57,131 nucleotides of DNA from Prorocentrum cordatum (taxonomy: Eukaryota), in contig CAUYUJ010000045.1 of the NCBI GenBank assembly GCA_963575745.1, positions 62,001 through 119,131 of the forward strand, in the 5' to 3' direction. The translations under genes were made by a program, and so were the position numbers. Below, piece after piece: positions 12,454 through 24,599 of this stretch. A model generated the notes under the pieces. It searched no databases and was not told where the DNA came from. It saw only the letters and a program-made list of their open reading frames with translations. Position 1 is the first letter of the stretch. Each line of letters begins with the position of its first letter.

Positions 12454-12886
12454 CGGGAATCCTAAGTTGCCATCGTGCCTTATCACCCCCTGCCCGCCCC
12501 GGTCGGCCTGGACGGTCCTGGGTTGGATGGCAGATGTCGCCTGCGGTCGAATTCTCATAAATACGTCTGGCATCCATCGTCTGTCTGTCAGTGCTGGTCT
12601 GATTTGATATCGGTTAGCACGTAAGGGATGACGTCCGGAGGCCGCCCTTGCCCCCTCGCGTGCAATCCGCTGGCACGCGGCTCAGGCTCTCCCTGCCCCC
12701 CCCCCTTCTCTCGCTTTTGCCGGTTTGTTTCTCTGCACCCACGGGAATCCTAAGTTGCCATCGTGCCTATCATCCCCTGCCCGCCCGCCCCGGTCGGCCT
12801 GGACGGCCCTGGGTTGGATGGCAGATTTCGCCTGCGGTCGAATTCTCATAAATACGTCTGGCATCCATCGTATGTCTGTCAGTGCT
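12454..12886 (+). repeat. 3' split direct repeats B1-A2-spacer-B2 of YR element 1
   Basis: CGGGAATCCTAAGTTGCC...GTCAGTGCT occurs at 12454-12595 and 12742-12886, with A2 between them. Confidence 0.95.
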
Positions 12887-13080
12887 ATATATATGTGTAT
12901 ATATACACATATATACATGCATATAAATATACCTATATGTATAATTAGTTACATATATACATAACTATGCATATATATATATATATATGTATGTACGTAC
13001 GTATGTATGTATGTATGTATGTATATATGTATGTGTATATATGCATACATGTATACATATACATATATATATATATATAG
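12887..13080. repeat. (TA)n/(TATG)n microsatellite
   Basis: Directly visible between YR elements 1 and 2. Confidence 0.95.
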
Positions 13081-13172
13081 TCATTTGTTTACATGTGGTT
13101 TGTCTGCCTCGAGATGTCCGGGAGGGCCGTCTCCTTAAATGTCTGTGCTCAAGCTTGAACAGGCCCACGCCC

Positions 13173-13634
13173 ATGCTCGCAGCACTCTCCCCCTATCTCG
13201 GATACGCTTCTCAGATCATTGTATCCTACCTTTCCCGTTGCCCATCGGCGCCGCCGTGCCCGGCTTGTCCGAGCTGCCCGGCGACTCACGCGCGCCCGGC
13301 GTGCGCGGCGTGCCCGGCCTGTCCGGGTGCCCCGGCTCCTGCGCAGGCCGAGCGTCCTGTGAGCGAGGCCCCCCGAGCTGCTGAGAGCGCCCTGGTGCCG
13401 ATCAGCTTGCGGTGGGTGGCCTTGGCCGTCGTGCGCAGCTTCGTGCTCGGCAGCCTGAGCAGTTGCGCCGCCCGCAGCCTCGTCCAGATCGTGACGCCGC
13501 GCCACAAGGCCCCTGAACCCGATGGCGGCACTACAGCCGGATCGATGGGCATGGGTACTCTACGCCGGCGACCGGCTCTGGCGTCAGCGTTTGGTGTTGG
13601 GTCACTTGCGGTCACGGGCGCTGAATCCGATTGA
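13173..13634 (+). CDS. Small 5' ORF of YR element 2: CPxC repeats plus a hydrophobic segment
   Basis: ATG at 13173; CPSAPPCPACPSCP..CAACPACP then LRWVALAVVRSFVLGSL. Overlaps the gag start. Confidence 0.55.
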   Translation: MLAALSPYLGYASQIIVSYLSRCPSAPPCPACPSCPATHARPACAACPACPGAPAPAQAERPVSEAPRAAESALVPISLRWVALAVVRSFVLGSLSSCAARSLVQIVTPRHKAPEPDGGTTAGSMGMGTLRRRPALASAFGVGSLAVTGAESD

Positions 13635-14823
13635 ACCTCTGAGGCTCGTGATATGCACTCCAGACGGCGACGTGTACGATGAGGACTACTCGGGCCAGTC
13701 CGCTGACATCGCCGCGGTCCGATTTTGCGCAGACCGAGGTCGGCCTCCTGGCATCGCGGCCGCAGACAGTTACCGCTTCAGGCGGGCCCCGACCGCTGCG
13801 GAGGAGACCGCCTCTGAGACGGCAGGCGAGGCCTACGCGGCGGCAGTGCTCGCAGCTGAGGCGGCCGCGGCCGGGCGGGTCTTCGCGGCCCCTGCTGCCG
13901 GGCGCCTGGTGCCCTTCGCCGCGGGAGGCGGCCCCGCGGGCGCGCCCGCGGCGGCTGGCGCCGCGCCCGGCGCCCAGATCGTGGCTGCCGCCGGCGCGGC
14001 GCCTCTGGCACCCGCGGCGGGTGTCGCCGGCGCGGCTGCCGCCCAGTGGGTTGCGGTGGAGAGCGCGACCTTCGCCAAACGTGGTGATCCTGTCGTGCTC
14101 CCGGCGAACGCTGTCGCGCACGGCGACCTCGCCATCCTGCAGGCGCCCGGCGGACTCAGCGTCGTGGTCAGGAACATCCAGTCCATGGACGCGGCCGAGT
14201 TCGCAGCCCTGGAGGCGGCGCGGGACCCTCGCATCTTGAGCGGCTCGGCCTACGTCTTGGCCCGGCCTTGTCGCGGCTGGAGCGACGTGTGCAAGGAGCT
14301 CGAGGAGACCGCCTAACCCTCGTGGACGGTACCAGGGCCCCGCACGGTGAAGTGGTGTGCGGAGTGGCTCGACAGGCGGTCGTCTACGCCCGTGGCGCAC
14401 CATCGGCAGTTCGTGAGCGTGTTCGGGCTGAAGCCGGACTCGTGGGGGGTCGAGATCCACGGCACCGCGCTTCGCGCGCTGGAGGAGGCGGCCGTCTACG
14501 ACGGGGTGAACATCTGCGATCTGGCGGGCATCGAGTCGCTCCTGCGCAAGGCTCAAATCTCAGAGTACGTCTACTGGATGGACTCCATGGGGGCCGCCGA
14601 GAAGGCGAGGAAGGACAAGAAGCCCAACGCCTCGACGGTGACTTTCGTCGGCCCCATGGACGAGGCAGCCATCTTCTCTGGCCTCAACAAGGACACGGGT
14701 TCGGCCATGGTTTGCCCGGCTCTGCTGGATCACGTGGCTCGTGAGGTCGAAAAGGATGCCGCGATTTTGAAGCAAGTTCGGAAAGCCAAGGAGGAGCGCG
14801 CAGCGCTCCTCAAGAAGCAATGA
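13522..14823 (+). pseudogene. Gag-like ORF of YR element 2 with one in-frame TAA (14314-14316)
   Basis: ORFs 13522-14316 and 14347-14823 share a frame and together align by eye with element 1 Gag. Confidence 0.8.
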
Positions 14824-15368
14824 CGGTGCAGCACGGCCCAGGTGAAGCCTCTAGCCCGGTGCCAGATCGAGAGGCCGCCCACCGCGGCGAGATGCGGCCA
14901 TCCCCTGAGGGCGCCATGCTGAGTGATGCCTGTGCTGATCGGCAGCGCGACCTCCTTCCTCTTCCTCTCTCCTGCTTGCGTGAGCCGGGCCCCGCCTCGC
15001 CAGTTTTTTCCCGGCCGGGTCGGCGCCGCCACCTCCGTCAGGCCCGCTCAGCTCGTTTTCGGAGTCGGTTGCCTCGAGTTTGAATCAACTTTTCACAGGA
15101 GGGCCCCCTTAAGGGGGGGTCATGCTCTCCCAGTGCGGCTCAGCTCGAGGCGTGTCGTCTCATCCGCCGCGCTGTGGATCGCTTAGGACCCCCCCCCCAG
15201 GGCTCTCTGGCGCGGGAGCACTTAGTGAGCTCTGCGCCCGGCGCTCATACGGTGGTGAGCCGGCCACCCTGGCGCCGCTCGGCCCAGACATGTCTGCCTC
15301 CTGGACCTCCCGTCCCCTGGTAGCTTCCCTAAGCCTCTAGGTGACTTGCTTGGTCCCGAGGGTGAAGG

Positions 15369-18300
15369 CGCCTGCGAAGCCCGAGAGGACCTATAAGGCT
15401 CCGCCCCCGAGGGCGGCTAGTCGGCCCCCCGTTCCTCCCCCTCCTGGTGGACCGAAAGAGATTCCTGCCAAGAAGGCCCCGCCAGCGATTCGTACTTCAT
15501 CGAGCCCCCCAGAACAATGGCCGAATGTTACTAGGCAGACGCACGCTCCACCCGCGAAGGAAGTTTCTACCAAGAAGGCTCCTCCCCCGAGGAACGACCC
15601 CAGGCCGGAGAACTTTGGTCAGCCGCTAGCGAAGATGCCACGGTATGATGGAGATCCGCTACCCCCGTGACTGCCCAGTCACCGGCTAAGTCGAGTGGCC
15701 CAGATGCAGTTGGTTGCAGACCTTGGAGGCCAAGCGTTGCTGATCCTCCGTCAGAGTTGAATATATTTGCCAGAACCAACATCCCTGGCTCCTCGTCCGC
15801 TACTCGGAGCCATCAGACAGATGAGCTTCGCTCTAAGCAAGCACCTCCCAAGCAGGCGCCCAGTTGGACCAGACTCCGGGACGACCCGCCTTGCGGCGAT
15901 GGCGGTCCCGTGGGTGAGCGATCTCGGCCCGCGCATGCTACGCCTACAGAGGCAAAGGCGGCCTCTGACGATGCTGGTGTTCCTAAAAGAGATGGAAACG
16001 ACAATGCGCAGAACATGCGCGACGTTAGCCCCACGGCTCAGTCGGACGGGGGTCATTCATCTCTGTGTTCACCTGCTGAACTGGAAGGAGATGATGACTT
16101 TGCGACCATCTCAATGACCATCAAACATGTCTCGTGTTTACATTTTGAATACCCTAAGTCAAATTCAGTGTTGAGAAACGAAAGAGGTTTCGTTTATCAC
16201 TTGCGAGGGCCCCAGTCAAGAGCTGATGATGCTCACGACAACGCTGCTCTGATGAACAAGTTCAGAATTACTGCTGCATCGCACATCAAGGCAGCAAAAG
16301 ACGTCTATGAGATAAGTATACCGGACGAGCTGGATCAGCTAAGCACGCATTCCCCGGCGTGGAATGACCTTGCCAATGCTATTGTAGATCAAATTTTCAA
16401 GGTGGACAAAGATTTTGTCCGCGCTCCAATGATAGCGGACGGACCTCGATGATCACGACGCAAGAGGGCAGAAGGTTCTGGTAGTGGGATCCGAGTACTC
16501 ACTCCTCCTGCACCTCCGCCCGGCTCAGCCGGAGCGGAACAAGAGAGCCGTCGTGATGCACCAGGTGAGCAATCGAGTCCAACGCAAGCGCCGTCGGACG
16601 AGGAAGCATCACATATTAACGATGCTGGGACAAAACATGTTCCAAAAGGCCGAGCTCCACCGCCACCGGGGGCCTCAGGCCACCCGGAAGCACAAGAAAC
16701 GGAAGTATAATCGGACGACTCACGTTCAAAGTATCCATACGAGAAAGACCCTCATTTTTTGGAATCAATGGATGATGAGACTTTTCCAAACGGACCGGCG
16801 TCTACGAAAATGTTCCGAAGACTGTGCCTTCCGCCTACCCCGCACAAAAGGCAGGGACGACCGCACTACAGGGACCCTTACGATGGGGGCCGAGATGTGA
16901 CGGTAGGGCATGCTGCTGAATTTAAAGAGAAACGATTGTATGTGACAACAGACGAGCGGTATCGCATACTTCAGGCTACGCCTGCGCCTCTGAAGCAGAT
17001 GCCCCAGGACGCCCATATTACGGGCCCTGCGCCACCAAACGTCGAAGCCATCCGGAAACAATCGGGAATTACGCTTAGATACATGGCAGAATGTGTGGAA
17101 GATCCTATCTTCGCTATATTAGCAGGTCTTAATCAAGACGACGGATCTTTCGCGTGCGCAAGAGATTATATGAGAGCCGAATTTTATTCCGATGGTTGTC
17201 CGGGTGGATTTTCTCCAGGCGCCTATGCATGCTTGAGACCACTCATTGGAGAAAAAGACGATGAGAACCCGGCTGCCTTAGGCAATTCGGACACCTGGAG
17301 TGGCATGAGTTTCCGAGCGGATGACATGGCCAGAATAATAGGCCAATGTGTTGTATACGTCGCGAGGCCTTGTTCGGACTATGCTAGATCGTCAGGAGGC
17401 TGGGTCTATTTTGGGTACCTTGTACAGAAGTTATACGATGACGGATTTACTTTCCAATCGTACGCCTTGGCTGCACACAGCTTAGCTGCATTGCCGGCGG
17501 CGACAATTGATGTCCTGGGGATTTCCCTCAAAGACAGCCCCAAGATTGCTGGAGCACTGATTCACGCCCTATGGGACAAACACAATAAAAGATCTCTGCA
17601 CGAGATCAATGGAAGCGAAATGCCCATGCCAATATTCTATAGGGCATGTCAGGGACATTCTACATTTACCGCTTCGATTGAAAGAATGTATGTTCCATGC
17701 GACCCTGGCCAAGTCAGGGGTCGCGGATCTCTTCTACATATTACGAGTTGGCAGGCATGTTTGGAGCCTACGAATGGAAATGTTCGCTTTCCAAAGGGCA
17801 ACTCCGGGCTGTGCCATGCAGCAGATTACGATTTATTGCGTTTACTTCCGGCACATAACTGCCCAACTCTGCCTGGCCCATCGGATTTTCTTCCATGGCC
17901 AAGCCAAAGGAGATATGGACATGCGCCCATTGCAAGAACCGTAGTATCGATGGGCAACCAGGCTCGGGAAGGGGAACCCCCAAAGGTGGGTGCCTTGAAC
18001 GTGGAAGACATACGCCACCTCTGGCCATGTCTCCCCAACCTCAGGAATCACGGACAATGGGATCTTATCCTTGTTTTCACCGGCAGAGTACTCACACGCT
18101 TCTCGTGCAGAGTATGCCCAGACGGGACGTTGGCATCCCGGGAGGTACCGAGATTTACAGACATTGACAAAGCCGTCTCATTTGTAAGGCAAAGGAATCA
18201 GATGCGCTGGACGGTACTCTTTGACAGCGAATTATCTTCGTACGAGGTCATCTTCGATGACGCGTCGATTACTGCCTGGGTTAACACAGACGAGAGACTA

Positions 18301-20740
18301 CTCATTAATTGGGACCGCGAAATAAGAAGAATGGTTTCCCCAATTCAAGTTTGAATTATATCTACCCCATTGGATGATGATGGGAGATTCCTCTGCTTCC
18401 GCTACCACTGGGCGAGGACGGGCTTTGCCAACTGCCCCGTCTGTAATTGCCCAATCCGATATAAGTATAGGGTATCACACGATTACATGACCCAGACATG
18501 GCGATACAAAACTATCCCGCAATCCCTTGGGGCACATGGTATTTGGATAATTGTGGAAGACGAAGGATCTCTGCCATGGGGTCGTCGTGTATATATGGAT
18601 GCGCGTATAAGGAGACAAGCGAGAGCTTCTGCTAACGTTGCGAAGAAAACGCCGCCAACAACAATCAGCAGGAGCGACGATGGATAGCCAACTTTGCCAC
18701 AATGGCCGCTGCTGGCATTATATTTGGCAATAGTCAGCAAGGAAACTAACCAGCTTGGATCCCCGCGAACGCCGAGGCTCAGCCTCCGGCGCGACATGCC
18801 CCTTTCCTTGAATACTGAGGCCTTTGGTCAGGAGATTTATATCGTGGTTAGAATATTCGGCCACAAATGTACACAGGAAAACCCCGGCTGTTAACAAATG
18901 GTGGCCAAAGTTGTGGGCGACTGGTTTTGATCAGTGCGCTCGCCCCAGATCCTGCCCAGCACTGCAAGCATTTCATTGGTCTGATGAGCCTGACGAATTG
19001 ATTACATTCAGAATTGGTTGGGAACGATGGTTCAACAACATGAGGAGAGGAAACCTCTTTGTACCTACACTTGCCACAGTAGACGATGCCATAAATTTGG
19101 ACATGTCATGGTTTGGCGTTACTCATGGAAATATTGGAAGCAACGACGACAATGTCAACCCTCCTGCGAGGTTACCGGTCGCCTGGGAGAACAACTTTAG
19201 AGCGCGACCGACTCGCAGTTCACACTCCGTTGCCAGAAGGATAGGCATGTGTCGGGACCATCGTCTTATAGTTCCAGTATTTCGACATGCCTCCGGCTCA
19301 GCCGCGAGGAGACGAGAGCAGACACAAATTGATCTGGACCTCAAAGCAATCAGCGGGCCTAAGGCCGCGTCGATAACTGATGGACCCCTTGCACTTGAAG
19401 AACCCGAGGGACACGTGTACTTTCATCATGAGGACCGTCTGATGAAGATAAGATTGTTCGGGAACGATATTCGTGAGGTTGCCGCTTATTACATAATTGA
19501 ACACACGGGAACGAACCCCACTACGCCCGGCAGGGTCACCCTGACTGGAACGGAGGACGATATGATCCCGGCGATCATCAGGGAAATAGTGAATGACAAC
19601 TGGTTGGTAACAACACAAAACATGGAACTGGGCCTTCGACCCGTAAGGATTTTCGCAATTATTCGTGAGATAATTTGCTATCTTATATCAGAGGACCACT
19701 TTATTGGTTACCCGGGGCGAATCATTCGTCCCGAAATGGTGAGCACCGACGAGATTGAGTCAAAGAGACGAACCGACGCATATGCCTTGGACTGCCGCAT
19801 TCGGGCGGCTGTCAAGACGGATGACATTATAAAAACATGGGCCCGCACAATGGGCCGGAGAGTACATAATGGCGTCCGTCGCCACGGTGCTGTAATACAA
19901 GAGGCCATAACTTGGCTGCAGGACAAGTATCCTAACCCTGGTACCGATCTTCAGGACAGGGAAGATGGTCCTTTCCGCACTGCTAGCGGCCTATATGGTG
20001 TCGCCGCAGCTACTGCGGCCAGAAGCATATTGCAATTTATGAACAGTAGGGACAATGACCCTGAACACGACGGCGAAGCCGAGATCGTGGGGCCACATGT
20101 GCCTGCCGGACCAAAGGCAAGACCTTTGTCTCGCACGCCATCTCTTCGACCTGGCATCTCAGATGCTTCGGCGTCTGAGGAGGCTATCGGTTCCCCGCGT
20201 TCTGTCGCCGGCTCAGCCGTGCCGACCAGAGACGCTGACCTACAAGATCCCGACCCGAGGCATCGGTCGGATTCCCAACGCGCGCGCGATGCAGCCATGG
20301 ATGATGCCTCTGCCGCGGCCGCCGATGATGCCGCTAGCCTTGCGCTGCCCGCGGCGGCGGACGCTGCCTCAGGCGCTGCCTCGGATGCTGCCAGCAGCGC
20401 CGCAGGATACCGCCCCACATACGACCTCAACCAGTCCTACCCGACCTACGCGAATGGAATCCTCGTCGGATACCACCTCCACCGGGACAGGATCACGTGG
20501 CTCAACGACGACGATTGGTACAATTTGCCCTACTGGACCTGGCTGTCGAAGTGGGAGCACAATCATCATTTTCCGCCGAGAGAGGCGGCACAGGTTGGAA
20601 ATAACAACAGAGAGAGAGGGCGCTCTTGCACGCCACGTGGCACGGACGGACAGACGGGAGGATCGGCGACTTCAAACCCGCCGCCTCCGGCGCCGCCAAG
20701 GCGAGGGAGTTCGTCGAATCCGCGGGGGGACCTCAACTGA
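15369..20740 (+). pseudogene. Decayed, 5'-truncated, intronless giant ORF (~1800 codons) with a divergent Tpt1/KptA-like (RNA 2'-phosphotransferase fold) domain at ~17320-18180
   Basis: 15667-18894 is one frame broken by isolated stops (16450, 16708, 18352, 18685), flanked by 15341-15670 and 18824-20740 in a shifted frame. Motifs SGGWV, FYRACQGHS (17635-17661), LLHIT, LCHAA and PDGTLASREVP occur in Tpt1 order; CPVC follows. Confidence 0.65.
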
Positions 20741-20987
20741 GCGCGGCCCGCGCGACTCCGTCCGCGGCGTGCGCGCACCAAATACTTTACCCACGCGCTA
20801 AGCGCGATGGGCGCGGACATCTCCACTGGTCGGCTAAGCCGGTCCAGCGGAGAGAAACTATTTATATCTTCTATAGTGGGAAACGTCGAGCCTCTTCGGC
20901 CCCTGGCCCCCTGGCAGCCACCGTTGAGCCGTAAAAGCTTTTTGGGGTTGGCTCCGGCGGTTGTGCATATGCACAGGCTGGGGGTGC

Positions 20988-21332
20988 TGTGGCTGGATGG
21001 GCTCTACGCGGCCCGCCGCGGGGGGAGTGAATATGCTCCTCTCCGCCTAATACACAATTAGAAGATACCTTAGATTGCATGCAACGAACTATCCGCGTGT
21101 GCTGACGCTGCGTTTCTGCAGCTGTGTTACTGCTCAAACCAGCCGAACTCGGCTGGCAGGAGAGAAAAGGAGCGCGCTGGGGGGCGCGGGCGATCTGTCG
21201 TCGTCCGTCCTCGGCCTTCTTCCTCCCTTCCTATTCCTGATCGAGTGGTTTAGCTTAACGGATATCTGTCTTATCAATGTGTCATCTCGCCTCCGCTCTC
21301 CCTGAGCAAAGTGAACATGAGATCTTACTTCA
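20988..21332 (+). repeat. Possible solitary 3' LTR (TG...CA) after a G-rich tract
   Basis: GGCTGGGGGTGC immediately precedes TGTGGC and the segment ends CTTACTTCA. Only one copy in the window, so unverified. Confidence 0.25.
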
Positions 21333-21586
21333 TTTGTCATCTTACCCCGGTTCTCAGAGGAAAGACTGGAAGGGCAGGCGGAGGAGGATTGCGGGAGGAG
21401 GAGGGTGAGCGCCTGCAGGATTACCGCAAGGACGATATCTTTTCGCTCTGAAGCAGAGTGGGCGTGCACTGGAACTCGCAAACAAGACCAACGGAGTTAG
21501 CAAAGAGGAACACATATATGTGACATGGAACGGCATCGCAACTAACATATCGTATCAATCAATGTGCCAACAATTGAGGAAATCCA

Positions 21587-22619
21587 TTATTGCTTCTTGT
21601 ATTTCGCTTTGAACTGGTCCATCACAGTTTTAGTAGCTTGGGTCGACCTTTGACTCACCATCTCATCAGTCATATCAGCTTTTTTGCAACGATCCCGCTC
21701 CCGATGCCAAATTACCGAATGAAGTCTCTTGAACTGTTTGATGTAGGGATCGGTCTCGGGTGGGCTTGTATTTCTCTAACAATTCATCGACCGAGAGGTC
21801 CTGCCGAGGCGACTTTGCTGATTTGTTTTTGCTACCTTCGCGCCTGGCTTTTGCGGCTTTACTTCAAGGGCAGCCTGCATCACATCAACCTTGTCAGTCG
21901 GCATTGCTGCTGCAGGCTTATGATTGCCGGTGCCAACTGCTGCAGGCCTAGCTTTGACCTTGCCAGCTGCCTTACTGGGCTGCGCAGTGCTATCCTCGGC
22001 CACACCGCTTTTCGAAGCATGGGCGTCTGGAAAAACCAATGTTTCCAACTCGTCAATATCAATATCGCCACTGCTGCCAAGTTTCGGCAAGCTGGGCGGG
22101 GCGCTTGTGCTAGACATCGTGACTGTCAGAGCCATCTTTTTTGGGGGCGGGGATGCGGCCTCAACGTCACTGTCGTCGCCCTCTTTTTCGTCATCGCTTC
22201 CTTCCACAACAATTGAATGAATCAAGGGCGTCAAAGATTTGTATGCACTCGGCGCATCCTTGCCACCTTTCATTGCATCCCGTTTGATATCTCGAAGATG
22301 CGACATCATGTTACGAAGCCTGCGCGAAATTATTTCGCAATCTGGGTGGGTTACCTGCGCACCTTTGGAACTGTAGAAACCATGCAATTGAATGCCAAAC
22401 GTCTTCGCTTTGAGCATGCGTCCACCTGTCAGCTGAAATATGTCAGTAAGGGCTTGGCGGTTCTTGTTGATTCCAGGCCAATCGACGCTTTTTTTGTCTG
22501 ATGGCTTCCCCTTCGTAAGGGAAGACAGTTTTTAGCGGACTCCCAACATTTATGTTCGACTCAAAATATTGCTTGGCCTCGTCATCAGAAAGTGATTTCC
22601 CAGTAAGTCGCGAAGGCAT
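21587..22619 (-). pseudogene. Intronless frameshifted gene for a Lys-rich protein of unknown function (~340 aa)
   Basis: ATG at 22619 (MPSRLTGKSLSDDEAKQYF...), middle ORF 21776-22417, C-terminus ...KRLHSVIWHRERDRCKK...KAKYKKQ* ending at 21587. At least two frameshifts. Confidence 0.6.
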
Positions 22620-22632
22620 GATTGATCGCTGA

Positions 22633-22654
22633 TTTGAGCCAAAACGGTTACAGC
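22633..22654 (-). other. Relict dinoflagellate spliced-leader sequence
   Basis: GCTGTAACCGTTTTGGCTCAAA versus consensus DCCGTAGCCATTTTGGCTCAAG: 18/22, all mismatches transitions, 13 nt upstream of the ATG. Confidence 0.8.
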
Positions 22655-22974
22655 AAGTGCGACCATGACGATGGCGATGACAAGTTGGTCCAAGTGGTCC
22701 AAGACAATCGTAGATGGCTCCAAATTGGTCCAAGACGGTTCCAGATAGTTTCCAAGACGGCCCCAGAATGTTCAAGAGGCCTCGAAGTTCGTCCAAGATG
22801 TCTCCAAGACGGCCCAAGCTGGCCCCAAGACTGCCTTTTATCAGAAGCCGAAGAACGAACGCAACCTTGGGGGCGCTCGCGCGAACAACATCATCTCCAA
22901 AAAATACATTTAGGATACGCGTTTTTGTAGAACTCCAAAATTATAGGATTCCCATAATTATGACTCTTGATGGG

Positions 22975-23420
22975 CCACTGGGGGTCCGGACCCCCGGGGG
23001 CCCGGACCGGGGGGGTCCGGACCCCCGGGGGGGTCCGGACCGGGGGGGCCCAAGGCCCCCGGGAGTCCGGGCCCCCGGGCGAACTCCCGGGGGTCCGGAC
23101 TGGGGGGGGTTTGGGCCGGGGGGTCCGGGCCGGGGGGGTCCGGGCCGGGGGGGCCCGGGCCGGGGGTTTCCGGGCCGGGGGTGTCCGGACCCCCGGGGGT
23201 CCCGACCGGGGACAGTCCGGACCGGGAGGGGCCCGGATTGTGGGCTCCTTTAGACCACCCCAAGAGGAGCCCACAGTCCGGGTCTTGGGTCTTGAGGGCC
23301 GCGGGGTCCTGGGTCCTGAAGTCATGGGAAATCCAGGGGGGTCCTGGATTCATGTCCTGGGGTCTTTTGAGGTCCTGGGGTCCTGGGTCTTGCGGTTTCT
23401 CAAGGTTCGAGCGGGTCATG
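22975..23420. repeat. GC-rich minisatellite (GGGGGTCCGG[A/G]CC), followed by GGGTCCTG repeats
   Basis: Directly visible. Confidence 0.85.
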
Positions 23421-23454
23421 GGGTCCTGAGTTGGAGTGGGCGGCCATCGGCCGC

Positions 23455-23680
23455 CCAGTCCGGTTCGGCCGGTTCGGTTCCGCCGGTCCGGTCCGGTTCG
23501 GCCGGTTCAGTTCCGCTTGGTTGGCCGGCTCGGTTCGGCCGGTTCGGTTTCCGCCGGTTCGGTTCGGTTGGTTCGGTTCGCACAGCGGGCCGGTTCGGTT
23601 CGGCCGGTTCGGTTTGGCCGGGTGGTTCGGTTCGGCCGGTTCGGTTCCAGGCCCGCTTCTCGGTTCTCGGTTCGGTTCGC
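23455..23680. repeat. (CGGTT/CGGTTCGGC)n minisatellite
   Basis: Directly visible. Confidence 0.9.
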
Positions 23681-24599
23681 GGCCATCATGCGTATTTCGT
23701 GTTCCTGAAAACTCAGCCGTATATGCTCGTGGGAACCACGCGCATCCTGTGCCGCGGTCTCTGCGCCACCAAGCGATATAAATCTAGCCCTGCAGGTTGT
23801 GCCCTGGGATGCCCAGCACTTGGCGAGGGTGATCTTGATAGCGTTGAACACTAATTATGCATGCTGTCCTCGGTTGGCTACTCTGTTCAGATATTGGTTT
23901 TGACCTCTATTCATATCCTCGTCTTGGTTTCCTGAGGGTTCGCCCTGGCCCCTCCCCTTCCTCATGCTTTCACCATCGCCAATGTCTTCCAATATGCTGT
24001 ATGCCGCTTGTGTTGATGCGTCTGTTGCTCTTCATAACTAACTGTCGTCGTCTGGGCATTCCAGGCACTCACCAGCAACGCTTTGAAGCTCGCCTCAGAG
24101 TTACGAGTCGTCGCCACCGTGCTGTGGCCTCTGCCTGGAGTAAACGGGCGGCTGTGTTCTTCTCTCCTTCCTCTTCCTCCTCCCGCGTGCAGAGAGCAGT
24201 TGCTGCTCCTGGAGGGGCGCCTGCCACCCCTGGCGGGGACCGCCAGGACCGCTCGCGAGGCCGCTGGACTAGTGGCCTGTCCTTTTCGAATGCCGTCTCA
24301 CAGCGAGATGGCGTAAGGGCGGGCGCGAGCACACCCGTGCAAAAACAAACAATTGGGGGCGGTCAAGCTGGCAATCAAAAAGAAAAGGAACAAGACAAAC
24401 ATGAAACATACATAAAACAAAAACAAAAAAACACGGCCCAGGAGGCCCCCCAGACAACCCAGCTGTGCCCCAAGAGCTCCCCAAGAGAGGGCCCAGAGGG
24501 GGACCGCCAACCGATATTTCGAGGTCTCTGGCCCTAGAGGCCGTCTGTAGGCCCCTGGAAGCCACCAAGAGGCCCCCGCGAAGCCTTTTGAGGCGCCCA

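Larger units (their letters stand above)
6171..12886 (+). mobile_element. YR element 1: full-length tyrosine-recombinase retrotransposon (DIRS order, split-direct-repeat type) carrying a C5 DNA methyltransferase
   Basis: A1 (6171-6267) matches A2 (12595-12691); B1 (12454-12595) matches B2 (12742-12886). Internal Gag-like, RT, RNase H, YR and DNMT motifs. Confidence 0.93.
13081..15368 (+). mobile_element. YR element 2: 3'-truncated relative of element 1 (small ORF, gag, start of pol)
   Basis: Gag similar to element 1. Pol start RQRDLLPLPL and GALSEL match RQRDIFPLPL and GALSEL. Homology stops at about LGDLLGPEGE (~15368). Confidence 0.85.

Noticed and set aside
15667..18894. Stop-codon reassignment explaining in-frame stops
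   Set aside because: TGA, TAA and TAG all occur along with frameshifts, so decay or sequence error is simpler.
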